NCBI GenBank assembly: GCA_963801205.1
Contig: CAWDDV010000012.1
Span: 293 to 64,292, forward strand
Direction of reading: 5' to 3'
Origin: an uncultured Acidimicrobiia bacterium
GTDB lineage: Bacteria > Actinomycetota > Acidimicrobiia > Acidimicrobiales > AC-14
DNA: 64,000 nt
Below, piece by piece: positions 1 through 10,302 of this stretch. Positions within the stretch are counted from its first letter, which is position 1. Each line of letters starts with the position of its first letter. The position numbers were made by a program, and so were the translations under genes. The notes under the pieces are model-generated. The model saw nothing but the letters and a program-made list of their open reading frames with translations. It was not told the DNA's origin and searched no databases.

Positions 1-2
1 TC

Positions 3-1079
3 ATGCTTGTCCTTGGAGATGCCGACCTCCTCGTCGACCGTCATTGCGTCGGCGATCCCTCAGTTCGCTTCGACATTCGGGAAGATGAGGTACTCGCAAG
101 GAGGTCGCGCCCAAGCTCACTGCATGCTGTCAACGATGTCGCAAGAGTTGGTGCTGACGATGCCCCGCTGTTGTTTCTTTTCACTGGGGCGGGGGCGTCC
201 ACCCACTTCGGTCTTCCGACTGGTAATGAGATGCGAAACCGTGCGCTTGAGCATTGGCTAGGAGCAGGCGCCGATGCCTTAGACTATGACACCCAGGCCC
301 GCCGCTTTTATCAAGAACTCTCCGACGGCGACCGCCTCCGCGACGTAGAACGAGACATGGGCATCGAAGCCTTCGTGTCGGGACTGGTCTTGGAGCGAGT
401 GCTCAGGGAAGAGCAATGGCGCGAGAACCGTCGAGATTCCCACACGGTACGCCATTTTATCGGCCTTCACAATATAGCGATAGATGCCATTGCTCAACGG
501 ATCGCCAAGGGCGTGCCCAAGAGTCCTTTGGCCGAGCTTGTTGCGTCAGGACGGCGCTTAGTGATATTCACGGTCAACTTCGATCAGACGCTCGAAGCCG
601 AAGCGGGATCGCGTGTCCGACCGTTCGTGACCGAAGCCGACTTTGCAACTCTGGCGGAGCACGTTGACGATTATCTCGCGGGGAAGACTGATTCCGTACC
701 CTACATAAAGTTGCACGGCGATGTCGGCGACCCCAATACTATTGTGGCCAACATCGACGAGACAGAAGGGGGGCTGTCACAAGCTCGACTGAGCGCATTA
801 CGCACTCTACGCGACCGACCGGCCATCGTGCGCCCGTGGGTTTATATCGGATATAGGATGCGTGATCTCGACGTGCATCCGGTACTGGCGGCGCCCGATC
901 TTGGGGACGGACTTGTTGAGTGGTGGGTCGGGCCGTTCGTTGACGCCGCGGTTCGTGGTTTCCTTGATCGCTACCGGGTTCCGCGGTGGCGCGCGGCGGG
1001 CCGATCTTACGGGGTTGACGACCGTGTCGTAACTATGGCAGCCGTTGACTACCTCCGGGCTCTATTGGATGCGTTGTGA
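3..1079 (+). CDS. SIR2-like (SIR2_2-type) domain protein. The frame is open to the window edge, so the true 5' end is uncertain.
   Basis: 358-aa ORF with LFLFTGAGASTHFGLPTG (GAGxS plus GLP), FTVNFDQTLE and IKLHGD motifs, typical of defence-type SIR2 domains. The region has visibly lower G+C. Confidence 0.7.
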   Translation: MLVLGDADLLVDRHCVGDPSVRFDIREDEVLARRSRPSSLHAVNDVARVGADDAPLLFLFTGAGASTHFGLPTGNEMRNRALEHWLGAGADALDYDTQARRFYQELSDGDRLRDVERDMGIEAFVSGLVLERVLREEQWRENRRDSHTVRHFIGLHNIAIDAIAQRIAKGVPKSPLAELVASGRRLVIFTVNFDQTLEAEAGSRVRPFVTEADFATLAEHVDDYLAGKTDSVPYIKLHGDVGDPNTIVANIDETEGGLSQARLSALRTLRDRPAIVRPWVYIGYRMRDLDVHPVLAAPDLGDGLVEWWVGPFVDAAVRGFLDRYRVPRWRAAGRSYGVDDRVVTMAAVDYLRALLDAL

Positions 1080-1083
1080 CCAG

Positions 1084-2073
1084 TCACGCTTGCGGTGCTA
1101 GCTGCGACTGCGCAAGCCGGGCCTTCTTAACGTTGTCTCGGGCGGCGCGGGCGTACGCTTGGGATAGCTCGAATCCCTGTGCCAGCCGTCCGTTCGAGAC
1201 GGCGACGATTAGGGTCGTTCCTGTTCCACAAAATGGATCCAGCACCACACCCCCCGGCGGCGAACTCGTGAGGATCCTAGGCCTCACCAGCTCGTCGGGG
1301 AATGTCGCCGAATGCCCGTCCCTTCCCTTCCGAGCATTATGGCTAACTACGTCGAGAGCACCCAGCTCTGCCTGTTCAGCATCGTAGTAGTAACTTGCTC
1401 GACCTCTCGACGGCCGAAGCACGAAGTGGAAGAAATGCTCATGTGATAGCCGAAGACGATCACCTTCAGGGCGCGGCGCCACCGAAGGCTTGCTCCAAAT
1501 AAGATCATTCCGGAGTATCCAACCGTCTTCTTGCATTGCGATCGCAACCCGGGCCGGTATCATCAACAGTTGTTTGTCTTGGCGCCAGCCACCAGACGGC
1601 GTACGACGCCTGAGTCTCTCCGGAGATCCAAGGCCTTGGCGGCCATCTTGCCGCAAACTGGACCACCGAGCGAAATAGGTGTCTCCAAGATTTATCCAAA
1701 GGCTCCCGGTGCCTTTCAGAACTCGCCGGGTGCCTCGTAGAAGTTCCACAATATGGGCTACGTACCACTCAGGGTAGGGCTCTAAGCCGAGGTATCCGCC
1801 GTGGTCGCGATACCAACGCCACGTTGGAATCTCGCTCGGCGACGAGGTGGTAGCTCGCCATTCCCGGAGAAGGTCTTCGTTCTGGCAGTGCCCGTAAGTG
1901 CGGAGGCCCCAGTATGGCGGGGAGGTGCAAACTAAATCAATTGAGCGCCGAGGTACGTCGGCCAGCAAATCGTACGCGTCGCCACAGCGGACAAGCGGTA
2001 TTCGGCGAGCGGAATCGCCCAACTCCTTGTGACCCTGAAGCGGTTGGACGACGGCCGCTGGCGATGTAGGCAC
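1084..2073 (-). CDS. Site-specific DNA methyltransferase (N4/N6, PF01555-like, beta-class motif order)
   Basis: 329-aa ORF. Catalytic motif DLVCTSPPYWGL (SPPY) lies N-terminal and the AdoMet motif VLDPFCGTGTT lies C-terminal. Convergent with the SIR2 gene across a 4-bp gap, in the lower-G+C region. Confidence 0.85.
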   Translation of the reverse strand: MPTSPAAVVQPLQGHKELGDSARRIPLVRCGDAYDLLADVPRRSIDLVCTSPPYWGLRTYGHCQNEDLLREWRATTSSPSEIPTWRWYRDHGGYLGLEPYPEWYVAHIVELLRGTRRVLKGTGSLWINLGDTYFARWSSLRQDGRQGLGSPERLRRRTPSGGWRQDKQLLMIPARVAIAMQEDGWILRNDLIWSKPSVAPRPEGDRLRLSHEHFFHFVLRPSRGRASYYYDAEQAELGALDVVSHNARKGRDGHSATFPDELVRPRILTSSPPGGVVLDPFCGTGTTLIVAVSNGRLAQGFELSQAYARAARDNVKKARLAQSQLAPQA

Positions 2074-2507
2074 GACCTCGGATTCTAAGATGCTGGAGGC
2101 GGAGGCGCCAGAGACCTGGCGCGGCGTGGGGCGGTAGTCGGAGGCTCTCAGGGGCAGGTGGAGGGTGTTCGACGGCGACTATCTACTGACCCCAGGGTAC
2201 ATTCACGGTGCGAATTTCCAGCGACCGCGTGCCGGCTTGGGGCATCGCTTGCTGGTTGACTCCGGCTGGGACGTGTGTCCGGGCACCGGCCCGCTCCACG
2301 GGCAGAGGCACCTGATTGGCTAGATGCATCTAACTCGACGCCGGTCGGTGAGAACCACCATGAGAACCAAACCTCGGCGAAAAGCGGAAACGGGGGGTCA
2401 ATCCCGGTCAACCGCGGTTGCTCCTCAACCCGCGAAGGCCCACGTCAGAGGGCATGAACGGTCCCTGTGGACACTCCCGGCAACCTGTTGATAACCCCAG
2501 GGTGCGA

Positions 2508-2550
2508 ACTACGGATCAGAAGGTTGGGAGTTCGAATCTCTCCGGGCGCA
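2508..2550 (+). other. tRNA-Arg(ACG) 3'-half remnant, a putative att repeat marking an island boundary
   Basis: ACTACGGATCAGAAGGTTGGGAGTTCGAATCTCTCCGGGCGCA reads as anticodon loop (ACG), 3' anticodon stem, variable loop, T-arm (GGGAG-TTCGAAT-CTCTC) and 3' acceptor CGGGCGC plus discriminator A. No complementary 5' acceptor or D-arm lies upstream. Confidence 0.6.
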
Positions 2551-2800
2551 CACAAAAGTCCAGGTCAGAGCCCCATGCCCCTGGCGGAGCGCGCCCGTGG
2601 CGATGAAACTCTCGGGGGTCGCCCGCCGGGCCCCGGGACTTGAAGCGGGACATGACAAGCCCGGGACGTGACGGGCGGAGCAGGTCCTTGAGCCAGCTCG
2701 GACCCGTAGCGCCCGACGTGGGTGTCGTACACGTCCGCCCCGTGATCCGGCGGACGTCCGCCCGGTCACGCACACCCCACCGACAGTACGACGGGGCGGG

Positions 2801-5216
2801 TCAGTCCGGGGCCTGGTGGGCGAAGGATCGGGGCTCGCGGCCCGCGAGGAGCCAACCGCCGGCCGTCGCCACCGCCGGCAGCCCCACGGCCAGCAACAGG
2901 AGGTGGGTGACCGGCAGCGGGACGAGGCGGTCGAGCTGGCCGTGGTAGGCGGCCACGACGGTCGCATAGGCCCCGGCGATGCTGAGCACGACCCCCAACA
3001 GGGCCAGGGTGCCGGCGGTGGCGGCGGTCAGCGCCCGCCGGGTGCTCGCCGGGGCACCGGTGGCGGTCAGGGTGCGGAGGTCGCCGGCGGCCTCGCCCCG
3101 CAGCAGCCCGATGGCCATGGCCACGATGGCGAGCGCCAGGAGCGCCCCCACCACGGTGCTCCCGGTGCGTAGACCGGCCAACTCGTCCTGGCTCGACCGG
3201 ACCTCGACGGTGAGACCGGCCCGGGCCGCCGCCTGCCGGGCCGAGCTGATCTGGGCCGGTGTGAGGGGGGACCTCGACTCGATCAGCCACTCGGCCCGGG
3301 CCGCGACCCACCCGTGCTCCGCCATCGCCCGCTCCGTGATCAGCGACTGCGGCCCGGACGTGTAGCGGGAGAGGTCCGCCCGCTGCACGGGCCGGCGCCG
3401 CTCGCTCCCGTCCGGGCGCACGCTGGTGTCGATGAGGAGCACGTCCCGGGTGACGGACGTGAGGAGCTCGGTCGCCGGGTCGATGGAGGCGGGGTCGATC
3501 CCGAGGTACGCCAGGACGGCCGGGGTGGCGACGTAGGGCTGGTCGACGTCCCGATAGCCGCGGTCGACGGGGAGGACGACGGTGATCGGTTCGATGATCC
3601 GGTTGGCGCGGGCCGAGGCGGGGTTGAGGGCGACGTCGAGCGGGACCACGTGCACCCCCTGGCCGCCCACGGCGGTGGCGATGGCGGCCACGTCGGCCTC
3701 GAGCCGGGCCCGCTCGACCGCGGCCAGGTTCGGGTCGAGCACCGCCCCCCGGTCACCGCCCGGCTGGACCACGAGCTGCCTGCTGGACAGGTTGCCCTCG
3801 TCGCCCCGGTACTCGTTGAGCTTGGCCAGGACGACGATGGACACGGCGATGCCGAGGCCGAGGGTGATGGCAGCCACCGCCCCGGCTGTCCGAGCCTGGT
3901 AACGGACGAGGTCGCGCAAGGCGAGACGGGGGGCGAGCGGCAGCCACCGGGTGACCAGCCCCAGGGCCCGGATCGCCCCCGGCGCCACGAACACAAGTCC
4001 CACAATCATGGCCACCATCCCCGAGATGAGGACAAGGGGCCGGACGTGGTCGCCGTTGGGGTCGGCGACGACGATGGCGGCCACGCCCAGCCCCACCAGG
4101 CCCACGGCCAGGGCCAGCGAACGGTGCACCGGCGAGGGCCGGGTCGGCCGCCGCGACAGGGCGGCCATGACGGGCACCTTGGCCATGGCCCGGGCCGGCC
4201 ACCAGGCCGCCGCCACCGACGCCACCCCGGCCAGGGCCAGGCACCCGCCGACCAGGCCCCACGGCAGGTCGCAGCCGGTCGATCCGGTGGCCGACGGCGG
4301 TCTCGACCGCGGGCGCCGCCGCGATCCACCCGATGACGCCGAGCGACGCCTCCGACCAGGGCGGCGGCGGCGCCGACGATGAAGCCGTTGGCCACCATCA
4401 CCAGCCGGATGTGGCGGTGGGTGGCGCCCAGGGCGGCCAGCAGCCCCAGCTGGCGCTGGCGGCGCTGGGCGACGACGACGAAGCCGGCGGCCGCGATGAG
4501 CGCAACCAGGGCCATGGCCAGGGTCACCACGATCAGCACGAAGGCCCGAACCGCCTGCTTCTCGTTGCCGATGACCTCGACCCGGAACGCCGACATGTCG
4601 GCCGCGGGTTCGTCCGCCGTGGCCCGGGCGGCCGCCGCCGCGGTGCGGCCGTCCGAGGCGAGGAGCAGGGTCAAGAGGTCGGCGGGGGCGGCCGGGTCGG
4701 GGACGACCAGGGCGAAGTCGTCGGCCAGGTCGCCCGGGTTCTCGACCCGGCCCGACGACGGTCAGGGTCCGGCCGCCCAGCTCGACCTGCCGGCCGATGC
4801 CGGTGGACAGCAGTTCGGCGGCGCCGTCGGTGAGGGCCACCTCGCCGCTCGAGCTCGGGTAGCGGCCGTCGCGCAGCCCCAGCATCGGCCCGCTCAGCCC
4901 GCCTTCCGGATCCTGGGCCCGGAGGTCGATGGGCTCGGGCGACCCGGGCACCGCCACCGGCGTGTGGCTGACGACCTCGATGTCGCCGAACCGCTGCCGG
5001 ACGGCGGCCACGTTGGCCTGCGCCAGCGCCGCGTCGCTGCCGTCGATCTGGATGCGTCCGCCGGGCCGCGCCGAGCTGGCCCCGGCTCTCGCCGGCCGCC
5101 TCGACCGCCATGGCCGCGCCGGCCACGGCGGCGGCCACCGCCACCGTGAGCAGGGCCAGCACGAGCAGCTGCTGCCGCCACTCCCGGCGGAACATCCGCC
5201 ACGCCCAGCGCACCAT
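2801..5216 (-). pseudogene. ABC transporter permease, FtsX/MacB-like with two FtsX domains; frameshifted as given
   Basis: N-terminus MVRWAWRMFRREWRQQLLVLALL. Two FtsX-type TM bundles are present (LRDLVRYQARTAGAVAAITLGL; C-terminal LRTLTATGAPASTRRAL). The reading frame changes near 5070, 4740 and 4320, with segments recovered from ORFs 4671..6569, 2801..5011 and 4006..4674. Confidence 0.8.
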
Positions 5217-5242
5217 GGCCCGCCGGCCCGGATCCCGACGGC

Positions 5243-5969
5243 TCACGGCCGGGGGCGGGGGCCGGTGGCCAGCAGCGACTCCGGTTCCGCCGGCGCGCCG
5301 GTCTGGTCGACCACCCGCCCGTCGCGGAGGAACACCACCCGATCGGCCCACGCCGCCAGCTGGGCGTCGTGGGTGACCACGACCGCGGCCGCGCCCCGGC
5401 GGGTGATGTCCCGCAGCAGGCGCATCACCGACTCGCTGTTGACCGAGTCGAGGGCGCCGGTGGGCTCGTCGGCCAGCAGCAGCCGCCGCTCGCCGACGAT
5501 CGGCCCGGGCGATGGCCACCCGCTGGCGCTCGCCGCCGGAGAGGTCGTCGGGGAAGTGCCCGGCCCGGTCGCGACAGCCCCAGCTCGTCGAGCGCGTCCC
5601 GCGGCCGCCCGGCGGGCCTCCCGGGCGGACGTGCCGTCGAGCTCCAGCGGCATGGCCACGTTCTCCAGCGGCCGTCAGCCCGGCGAGCAGGTTGAAGTCC
5701 TGGAACACGAACCCGATCGACCGGCGCCGCAGGCGGGCCTTGTCCTTGCGGCTCATCCCGTCCAACCGGGCCCCGTCGACGACGACCTCGCCGCTGGTGG
5801 CGTCCTCCAGGCTGCCGGCGATGGTGAGCAGGCTGCTCTTGCCCGAGCCGCTGGGGCCCATGATCGCCACCAGCTCGCCTCGGGCGACGGCCAGGTCGAC
5901 CTCGCGCAGGGCGTGCACCTCGGTCTGGCCCTCGCCGTAGGTCTTGGACACCTGCCGCAGCTCGAGCAT
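5243..5969 (-). pseudogene. ABC transporter ATP-binding protein (MacB/LolD-like); frameshifted as given
   Basis: Walker A GPSGSGKSS, signature LSGGERQRVAIARA, Walker B LLLADEPTGALD and H-loop VVVTHD are spread over two frames, with shifts near 5660, 5590 and 5505. Confidence 0.85.
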
Positions 5970-5974
5970 GGCGG

Positions 5975-6569
5975 TCACGACCGCACCGCCAGTCGGCCGG
6001 TCGGGCTCACACGGGACGGGGACGACTTGGTCGACGGGGCCGGCGCGACGGGCCGGTGGGCGTGTTGCCGGAGGCGGATGTCGGCCGTGTCGAGCCAGCG
6101 CACGGCCGCCTCGATGCGGAACAGCTCGGCGTCGACCACCAGGGCCAGGGCCAGGTCGTCCTCGGGAGCGTCGGCCTTGACCGCGGTGTAGCGCTGCATC
6201 AGCTCGATCAGGTGGCGGCGGTGGACCTGCACCACCTCGTGCACGTCGACCCCCGGCACCTCCACCGCCACCAGGACCTTGATCAGCAGCTCGTCCCGCG
6301 GCGGCTGGGCGATCTCGGGCGGCGTCTGCAGCCAGGCCATCAGCTCCCGGCTGCCGTCGGCGGTGATGCGTGTAGCCCTTCTGGGGACCGTCGCCCTCGC
6401 CGTCGGACTCCACCAGGCCGTCCCGCTCGAGCCGCTGCAGCGTCGTGTACACCTGGCCGACGTTGAGGGGCCACACCTCGCCGGTGCGGGCCTCGAACTC
6501 GTGACGGAGCTGCAACCCGTACTTCGGTCCGTCGCTCAGCAGCGCCAGCAGCGCGTGACGGACGCTCAT
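5975..6569 (-). pseudogene. PadR family transcriptional regulator; one frameshift near 6370
   Basis: N-terminal winged helix ALLALLSDGPKYGLQLRHEFE..VYTTLQRLERDGLV in ORF 4671..6569. The C-terminal dimerisation part is in ORF 5975..6340. Confidence 0.8.
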
Positions 6570-6602
6570 GACCTACTCGATAGGGGAAACATACACAGTA
6601 GA

Positions 6603-6613
6603 ATACTCAGTAT
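6603..6613. promoter_or_regulatory. Palindrome ATACT-C-AGTAT next to TTGACA (6622-6627) in the padR/cupin divergent region; possible PadR operator
   Basis: Perfect 5-1-5 palindrome 34 nt upstream of the padR start codon, in the only AT-rich stretch of the intergenic region. Confidence 0.25.
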
Positions 6614-6808
6614 CCTCGGGGTTGACAAGGCGGCGACTCTTCGTGTTGACCTAGTCATTAACCTGCGTGGTGCAGCAGGCCCAACGGTCGAAATGTGCCG
6701 GTCTCGGCGACCTGTGGTGACCCTTCACGCCGCCGGGAAAAATCTGAAACGGCGGTCCGGCCTTCCGGGACTGCGTAGCGAACACCCGATCGCGAGGAGG
6801 ACACCGCA

Positions 6809-7180
6809 ATGGCTGGAGTCACGAGCCGGAACCTGGACACGCCCGACGAGACCCGCACGCCCGACAAGTCACTGATCCAGCTGGTGAGCCTCGACGGCGC
6901 CAAGGTCGGCCGGGCCACGTTCCAGCCCGGATGGAAGTGGTCGGAGTGCATCAAGCCCGTCGTCGGCACCGAGTCGTGCCAGGTGCACCACGTCGGCGTG
7001 ATCATGGGTGGGACCATGCACGTCGTCCACAACGACGGCTCCGAGGCCGAAGTCACCGCTGGCGAGGTCTACGAGATCCAGCCCGGCCACGACGCCTGGG
7101 TGGTGGGTGACGAGCCCGTCGTCGCGTTCGAGTTCGACTCCACCGCGGTGACCACCTTCGCCAAGCCCGCTGACGACTGA
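6809..7180 (+). CDS. Cupin domain protein
   Basis: Intact 123-aa ORF with a beta-barrel cupin-like sequence (HHVGVIMGGTMHVVHNDG..EIQPGHDAWV). Confidence 0.65.
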   Translation: MAGVTSRNLDTPDETRTPDKSLIQLVSLDGAKVGRATFQPGWKWSECIKPVVGTESCQVHHVGVIMGGTMHVVHNDGSEAEVTAGEVYEIQPGHDAWVVGDEPVVAFEFDSTAVTTFAKPADD

Positions 7181-7232
7181 CGACTGACGACTGACCGCGC
7201 CGCTCGACGCCGCCCACCCCCGGGAATCAGGA

Positions 7233-8079
7233 TCAGAACACGGCGAAGAACGTCAGGGCGGCGATGGGGATGACGAGCCAGCCCAGCAGGGTGATGGCGA
7301 TGGCGACGGCGGCGAAGGTGCGGGCGTTGTCCTTGGGGGGCTTCCCGCACCAGCCGACCGTCTGCCAGAGGGCGCCGAGGGGCCGGTCCAGGCTAAGCTA
7401 AGGCGGATGCGGCGGCGGGCGATGGCGGCCCCGTGGAGGACGACCCACGAGACGGCCGCCAGCAACACGAACGCAACCGCCCCGGCCACGATCAGGCCCG
7501 CTTTGGAGCCGAGGGCGGCCGAGGCTCCGCCCCGGAACACCTGGGTGACCGACGAGGCGGCCGCGCCGCCGACGAGGGCGGTGGGGAGCACGCTCGTCTT
7601 CTTCTTGTAGGCCGGCGTGGCCCGCTCGACGTCGATGCGGGCCCGGATCAGCAGCATGCGGGAAGGGTCGCCGGCCGGCGTCCACGCCAGGCGGCGGGTG
7701 TAGAGATCACGCACCGAGTCGATCACCCGGCCCTGGTGGCCCCGGACGATGGCCCGGATCACCTGCTGGGCCAGGATCCGGACGATCCCGGTCAGCGGCC
7801 CGAGCTTGAGCTGGCTCGGGGCCGGGCTCCGTTGCGGGCCAGGACCTCGAGCGCCTTCATGGCCACGCCGTGGGCGTCGACGAAACGCTCCGGGAGGGCG
7901 AGGGTCTGGGCGCCGGCCAGGTCGCGGACGATGTCCCGCTCGACCCGGCCCTGGCCGCCGAGCTCGTTGAGGATCTTGTCGGTGGCGGCGTCGTCGTCGT
8001 AGAGGAGACGGAGCTGGGCCAGCCGGCTGCCCAGCTCGTCGATGATGAGAGGCCGATCCTGGGGCGCCTCCTCGGTCAC
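7233..8079 (-). pseudogene. Hypothetical membrane-associated protein; frameshifted near 7790 and 7390
   Basis: Three co-linear ORF pieces: 7792..8079, 7253..7762, and a terminal hydrophobic tail ...AVAIAITLLGWLVIPIAALTFFAVF ending at 7233. I recognise no family. Confidence 0.4.
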
Positions 8080-8089
8080 GGCGCGGACG

Positions 8090-8524
8090 TTACGCGCCTG
8101 CGTCCCCCGCGTGCTCCTCCCGCCTGGCCTCCTGGAGCACCCACGTGTTGCCGTCGGGATCCTTGAAGTCGGCGAAGGAGTTGTACCGGCGGCGGCTGGG
8201 GTCGGGACCGGACCCCCACTTCGTCCCGTCGAAGTGCCTGATCTCGCTCACGTCGACGCCCCGTTCGACCAGCTCGGCCCGGGCCACCTCGATGTCGTCG
8301 ACCACCAGATGGGTGCCCCGGTAGGAGCCGGGCGTGGCGTCGGTCATCCCCTTCCCGATGGTGATGGAGCAGGCCGAGCCGGGCGGTGTCATCTGGACGA
8401 CGCGGAACTCCTTGCTCACCTCGTGGTCGACGTCGAGGTTGAAGCCCGCCTTCTCCACGTAGAACGCTTTGGCCCGGTCGATGTCGGTGACCGGGATCAG
8501 GATCAGCTCAAGTCTCAGGTCCAC
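8090..8524 (-). CDS. VOC/glyoxalase family protein
   Basis: VDLRLELILIPVTDIDRAKAFYVEKAGF..HLVVDDIEVARAELVERGV is a typical beta-alpha-beta-beta-beta VOC module. GTG start at 8524. Confidence 0.75.
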   Translation of the reverse strand: MDLRLELILIPVTDIDRAKAFYVEKAGFNLDVDHEVSKEFRVVQMTPPGSACSITIGKGMTDATPGSYRGTHLVVDDIEVARAELVERGVDVSEIRHFDGTKWGSGPDPSRRRYNSFADFKDPDGNTWVLQEARREEHAGDAGA

Positions 8525-8943
8525 GATGCAGCTCCCCCTCGATGGCTCGCATCCGGTTGTTCCTCGGGTTGTGCTCCAACTCGGCCAGTCCGAGGCGTTC
8601 GAGGACGGGCGGTACATAGTTCCCGAACCGGCCCCGGTACCCCTTGCGCAGGCCGTACCAGCCACCGACGGGGTTGGCGTCCGACCGGCGCCCACGCCTC
8701 CACGCTGCCCTCGGGCGCCGGCTTCTGCTCGTCGGCGTTGCCGAGCGGCATCCAGTCCCCGTGGTCCCGCAACATGGCGTGCAGGTCGTCGATGCACCGG
8801 AGCATGTAGCGGACCTGGGTCTTTCCCACCTGCACGACCAGGGCCGGCGGGTCGGCCGCCTCGTCCCGGTAGGCCTCGAACTCCGAGCCGCCGGGTGGTG
8901 TGGTGAGCACCCAGGGGGCGTCCTTGGACCCCTCTTCACTCAT
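8508..8943 (-). pseudogene. Conserved actinobacterial hypothetical protein; one frameshift near 8690
   Basis: N-terminal part MSEEGSKDAPWVLTTPPGGSEFEAY..LRCIDDLHAMLRDHGDWMPLG is in frame 1. The C-terminal part NPVGGWYGLRKGYRGRFGNYVPPVLERLGLAELEHNPRNNRMRAI is in frame 2. Confidence 0.5.
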
Positions 8944-9217
8944 TCGAACGCTCCTTGGTCGTTGGGGATGAGGCCGTTCCCGCGGCCGGCGGGGGCGTTG
9001 GTGTTGGCCGAGTCGCTCCGAGGCGGGCGACGGACTTGGCGATGCGGCGCTGGCGGGTCCCGCCCATTACCGCCACCGTGCTCCGATAGGTGTGGCCGTT
9101 GATCGTGACCCGCACCGGCGGCCGCTTGCCGGCACCGAGTCCCTCGACGATCTCGGCCGGGATCTCGATCCCGGTGGCGGTCTTTCCGCCCAGCAGCAAC
9201 GTGGTTCGGAAGGTCAT
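8936..9217 (-). CDS. DUF1905-like small protein with a YdeI-like C-terminal RRIAKSV motif
   Basis: MTFRTTLLLGGKTATGIEIPAEIVEGLGAGKRPPVRVTINGHTYRSTVAVMGG. Confidence 0.55.
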   Translation of the reverse strand: MTFRTTLLLGGKTATGIEIPAEIVEGLGAGKRPPVRVTINGHTYRSTVAVMGGTRQRRIAKSVARLGATRPTPTPPPAAGTASSPTTKERSNE

Positions 9218-9361
9218 GCCGGGTGGACGATTGGGCGGTCGCGATCTCATCGGTCCGAAAGGAGCATCGCCTCCATCATGCGTGGACCGTACGCCTTCCA
9301 GTCGGCTTGAAGGTCAAGCCGGCCGACGTAGCGTCCGCCGCGCCGTACCGTGGGAAGCGGC

Positions 9362-10234
9362 ATGGCCCGGATCGACCAGCGTGACCCTCGCAACGCCGAC
9401 GGGCCGTGGTTCGTCGACACCCGGTGCATCGACTGCGGGACCTGCCGCGACCTCGTCCCCGAGCTGTTCGCGGCGGTGAGGGGCGACCAGTCGATCGTCA
9501 CGGTCCAGCCCGACGACGCCGACGGTGAGCACCGGGCCTGGCTGGCGGCGGAGGCGTGCCCGACCCAGTCCATCGGCCGCACGCCTCGGACGCCCCGTCC
9601 CCAGGGCCTCTACCCGCTCCCCGTCGACGGCCCCGTCTACGACCTGGGCCACACCGCGGAGGACTCCTTCGGCGCCACCGGCTACCTGGTCCTCCGGCCC
9701 GAGGGAAACCTCATGGTCGACGCCCCCCGCTACACCCGCGCCCTGACCGCACCGATCGACGCCCTCGGCGGGGTGGCCCATGTCCTGCTCACCCATCGGG
9801 ACGACGTGGCCGACGCCCCCCGGTGGGCCGAGCGCTACCGGGCCCGGATGTGGATCCACGAGGACGACCGGTCGGCCGCTCCCACCGCCACCGACCTGTT
9901 CCACGGCGAGGCGCCGGTGACGGTGGCGCCGGGCGTGGTCGCCCTCCCCGTCCCCGGTCACACCCGGGGATCGGTGGTCTTCGCCGTCGACGAGACGTGG
10001 CTGTTCACCGGCGACTCCCTCGCGTGGAGCCACCGCGGCCAGGACCTGGTCGCCTTCCAGGGCGCCTGTTGGTACTCGTGGCCGGCGCAGACCCGGTCGC
10101 TGGCCCGCCTGGCGGAGACGGTGTCGTTCTCGTGGGTCCTCCCGGGCCACGGCGCCCGGGTGGGTCTCGATCCCGACGACGCCCACCGCCGCCTGGTGGC
10201 CCTGGTGACCAGAATGAGCGCCCGCGGGGCGTAA
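9362..10234 (+). CDS. Ferredoxin-domain / MBL-fold metallo-hydrolase fusion protein
   Basis: N-terminal CIDCGTCRDLVPE..ACPTQSI (4Fe-4S ferredoxin-like), then VLLTHRDDVADA and PGHTRGS, the HxHxD-like and His motifs of the metallo-beta-lactamase fold. Intact. Confidence 0.75.
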   Translation: MARIDQRDPRNADGPWFVDTRCIDCGTCRDLVPELFAAVRGDQSIVTVQPDDADGEHRAWLAAEACPTQSIGRTPRTPRPQGLYPLPVDGPVYDLGHTAEDSFGATGYLVLRPEGNLMVDAPRYTRALTAPIDALGGVAHVLLTHRDDVADAPRWAERYRARMWIHEDDRSAAPTATDLFHGEAPVTVAPGVVALPVPGHTRGSVVFAVDETWLFTGDSLAWSHRGQDLVAFQGACWYSWPAQTRSLARLAETVSFSWVLPGHGARVGLDPDDAHRRLVALVTRMSARGA

Positions 10235-10302
10235 AATCGGTGCTGGAGCCACCGCTCGAGCACCCTGGCCCTGACTCCACCTCGATCCCGAGGGATGGGG
10301 CC

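Noticed and set aside
1-2073. The SIR2 gene plus methyltransferase as a classical type II restriction-modification system.
   Set aside because: No recognisable restriction endonuclease fold or motif (PD-(D/E)xK, HNH, GIY-YIG) is visible in the SIR2-like ORF. The upstream context is also missing, so I report it only as an unusual pairing.
2470-2552. A complete tRNA gene ending at 2550.
   Set aside because: Only the anticodon loop, T-arm and 3' acceptor strand are present. No GCGCCCG 5' acceptor strand or D-arm lies in the 80 nt upstream, so I call it a remnant only.
2560-2775. Possible N-terminal fragment of a class I methyltransferase on the minus strand (..ADVYDTHVGRYGSELAQG..).
   Set aside because: Only about 20 residues look familiar, the frame breaks immediately, and no SAM-binding GxGxG motif follows. 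That is not enough to call a gene or a pseudogene.
8936-9217. The DUF1905-like gene as an internally deleted YdeI-family gene. The DUF1905 core is followed directly by the C-terminal TRQRRIAKSV motif, and the usual middle region of about 60 aa is missing.
   Set aside because: This could equally be a natural short form or another frameshift artefact. I cannot decide without an alignment to homologues.
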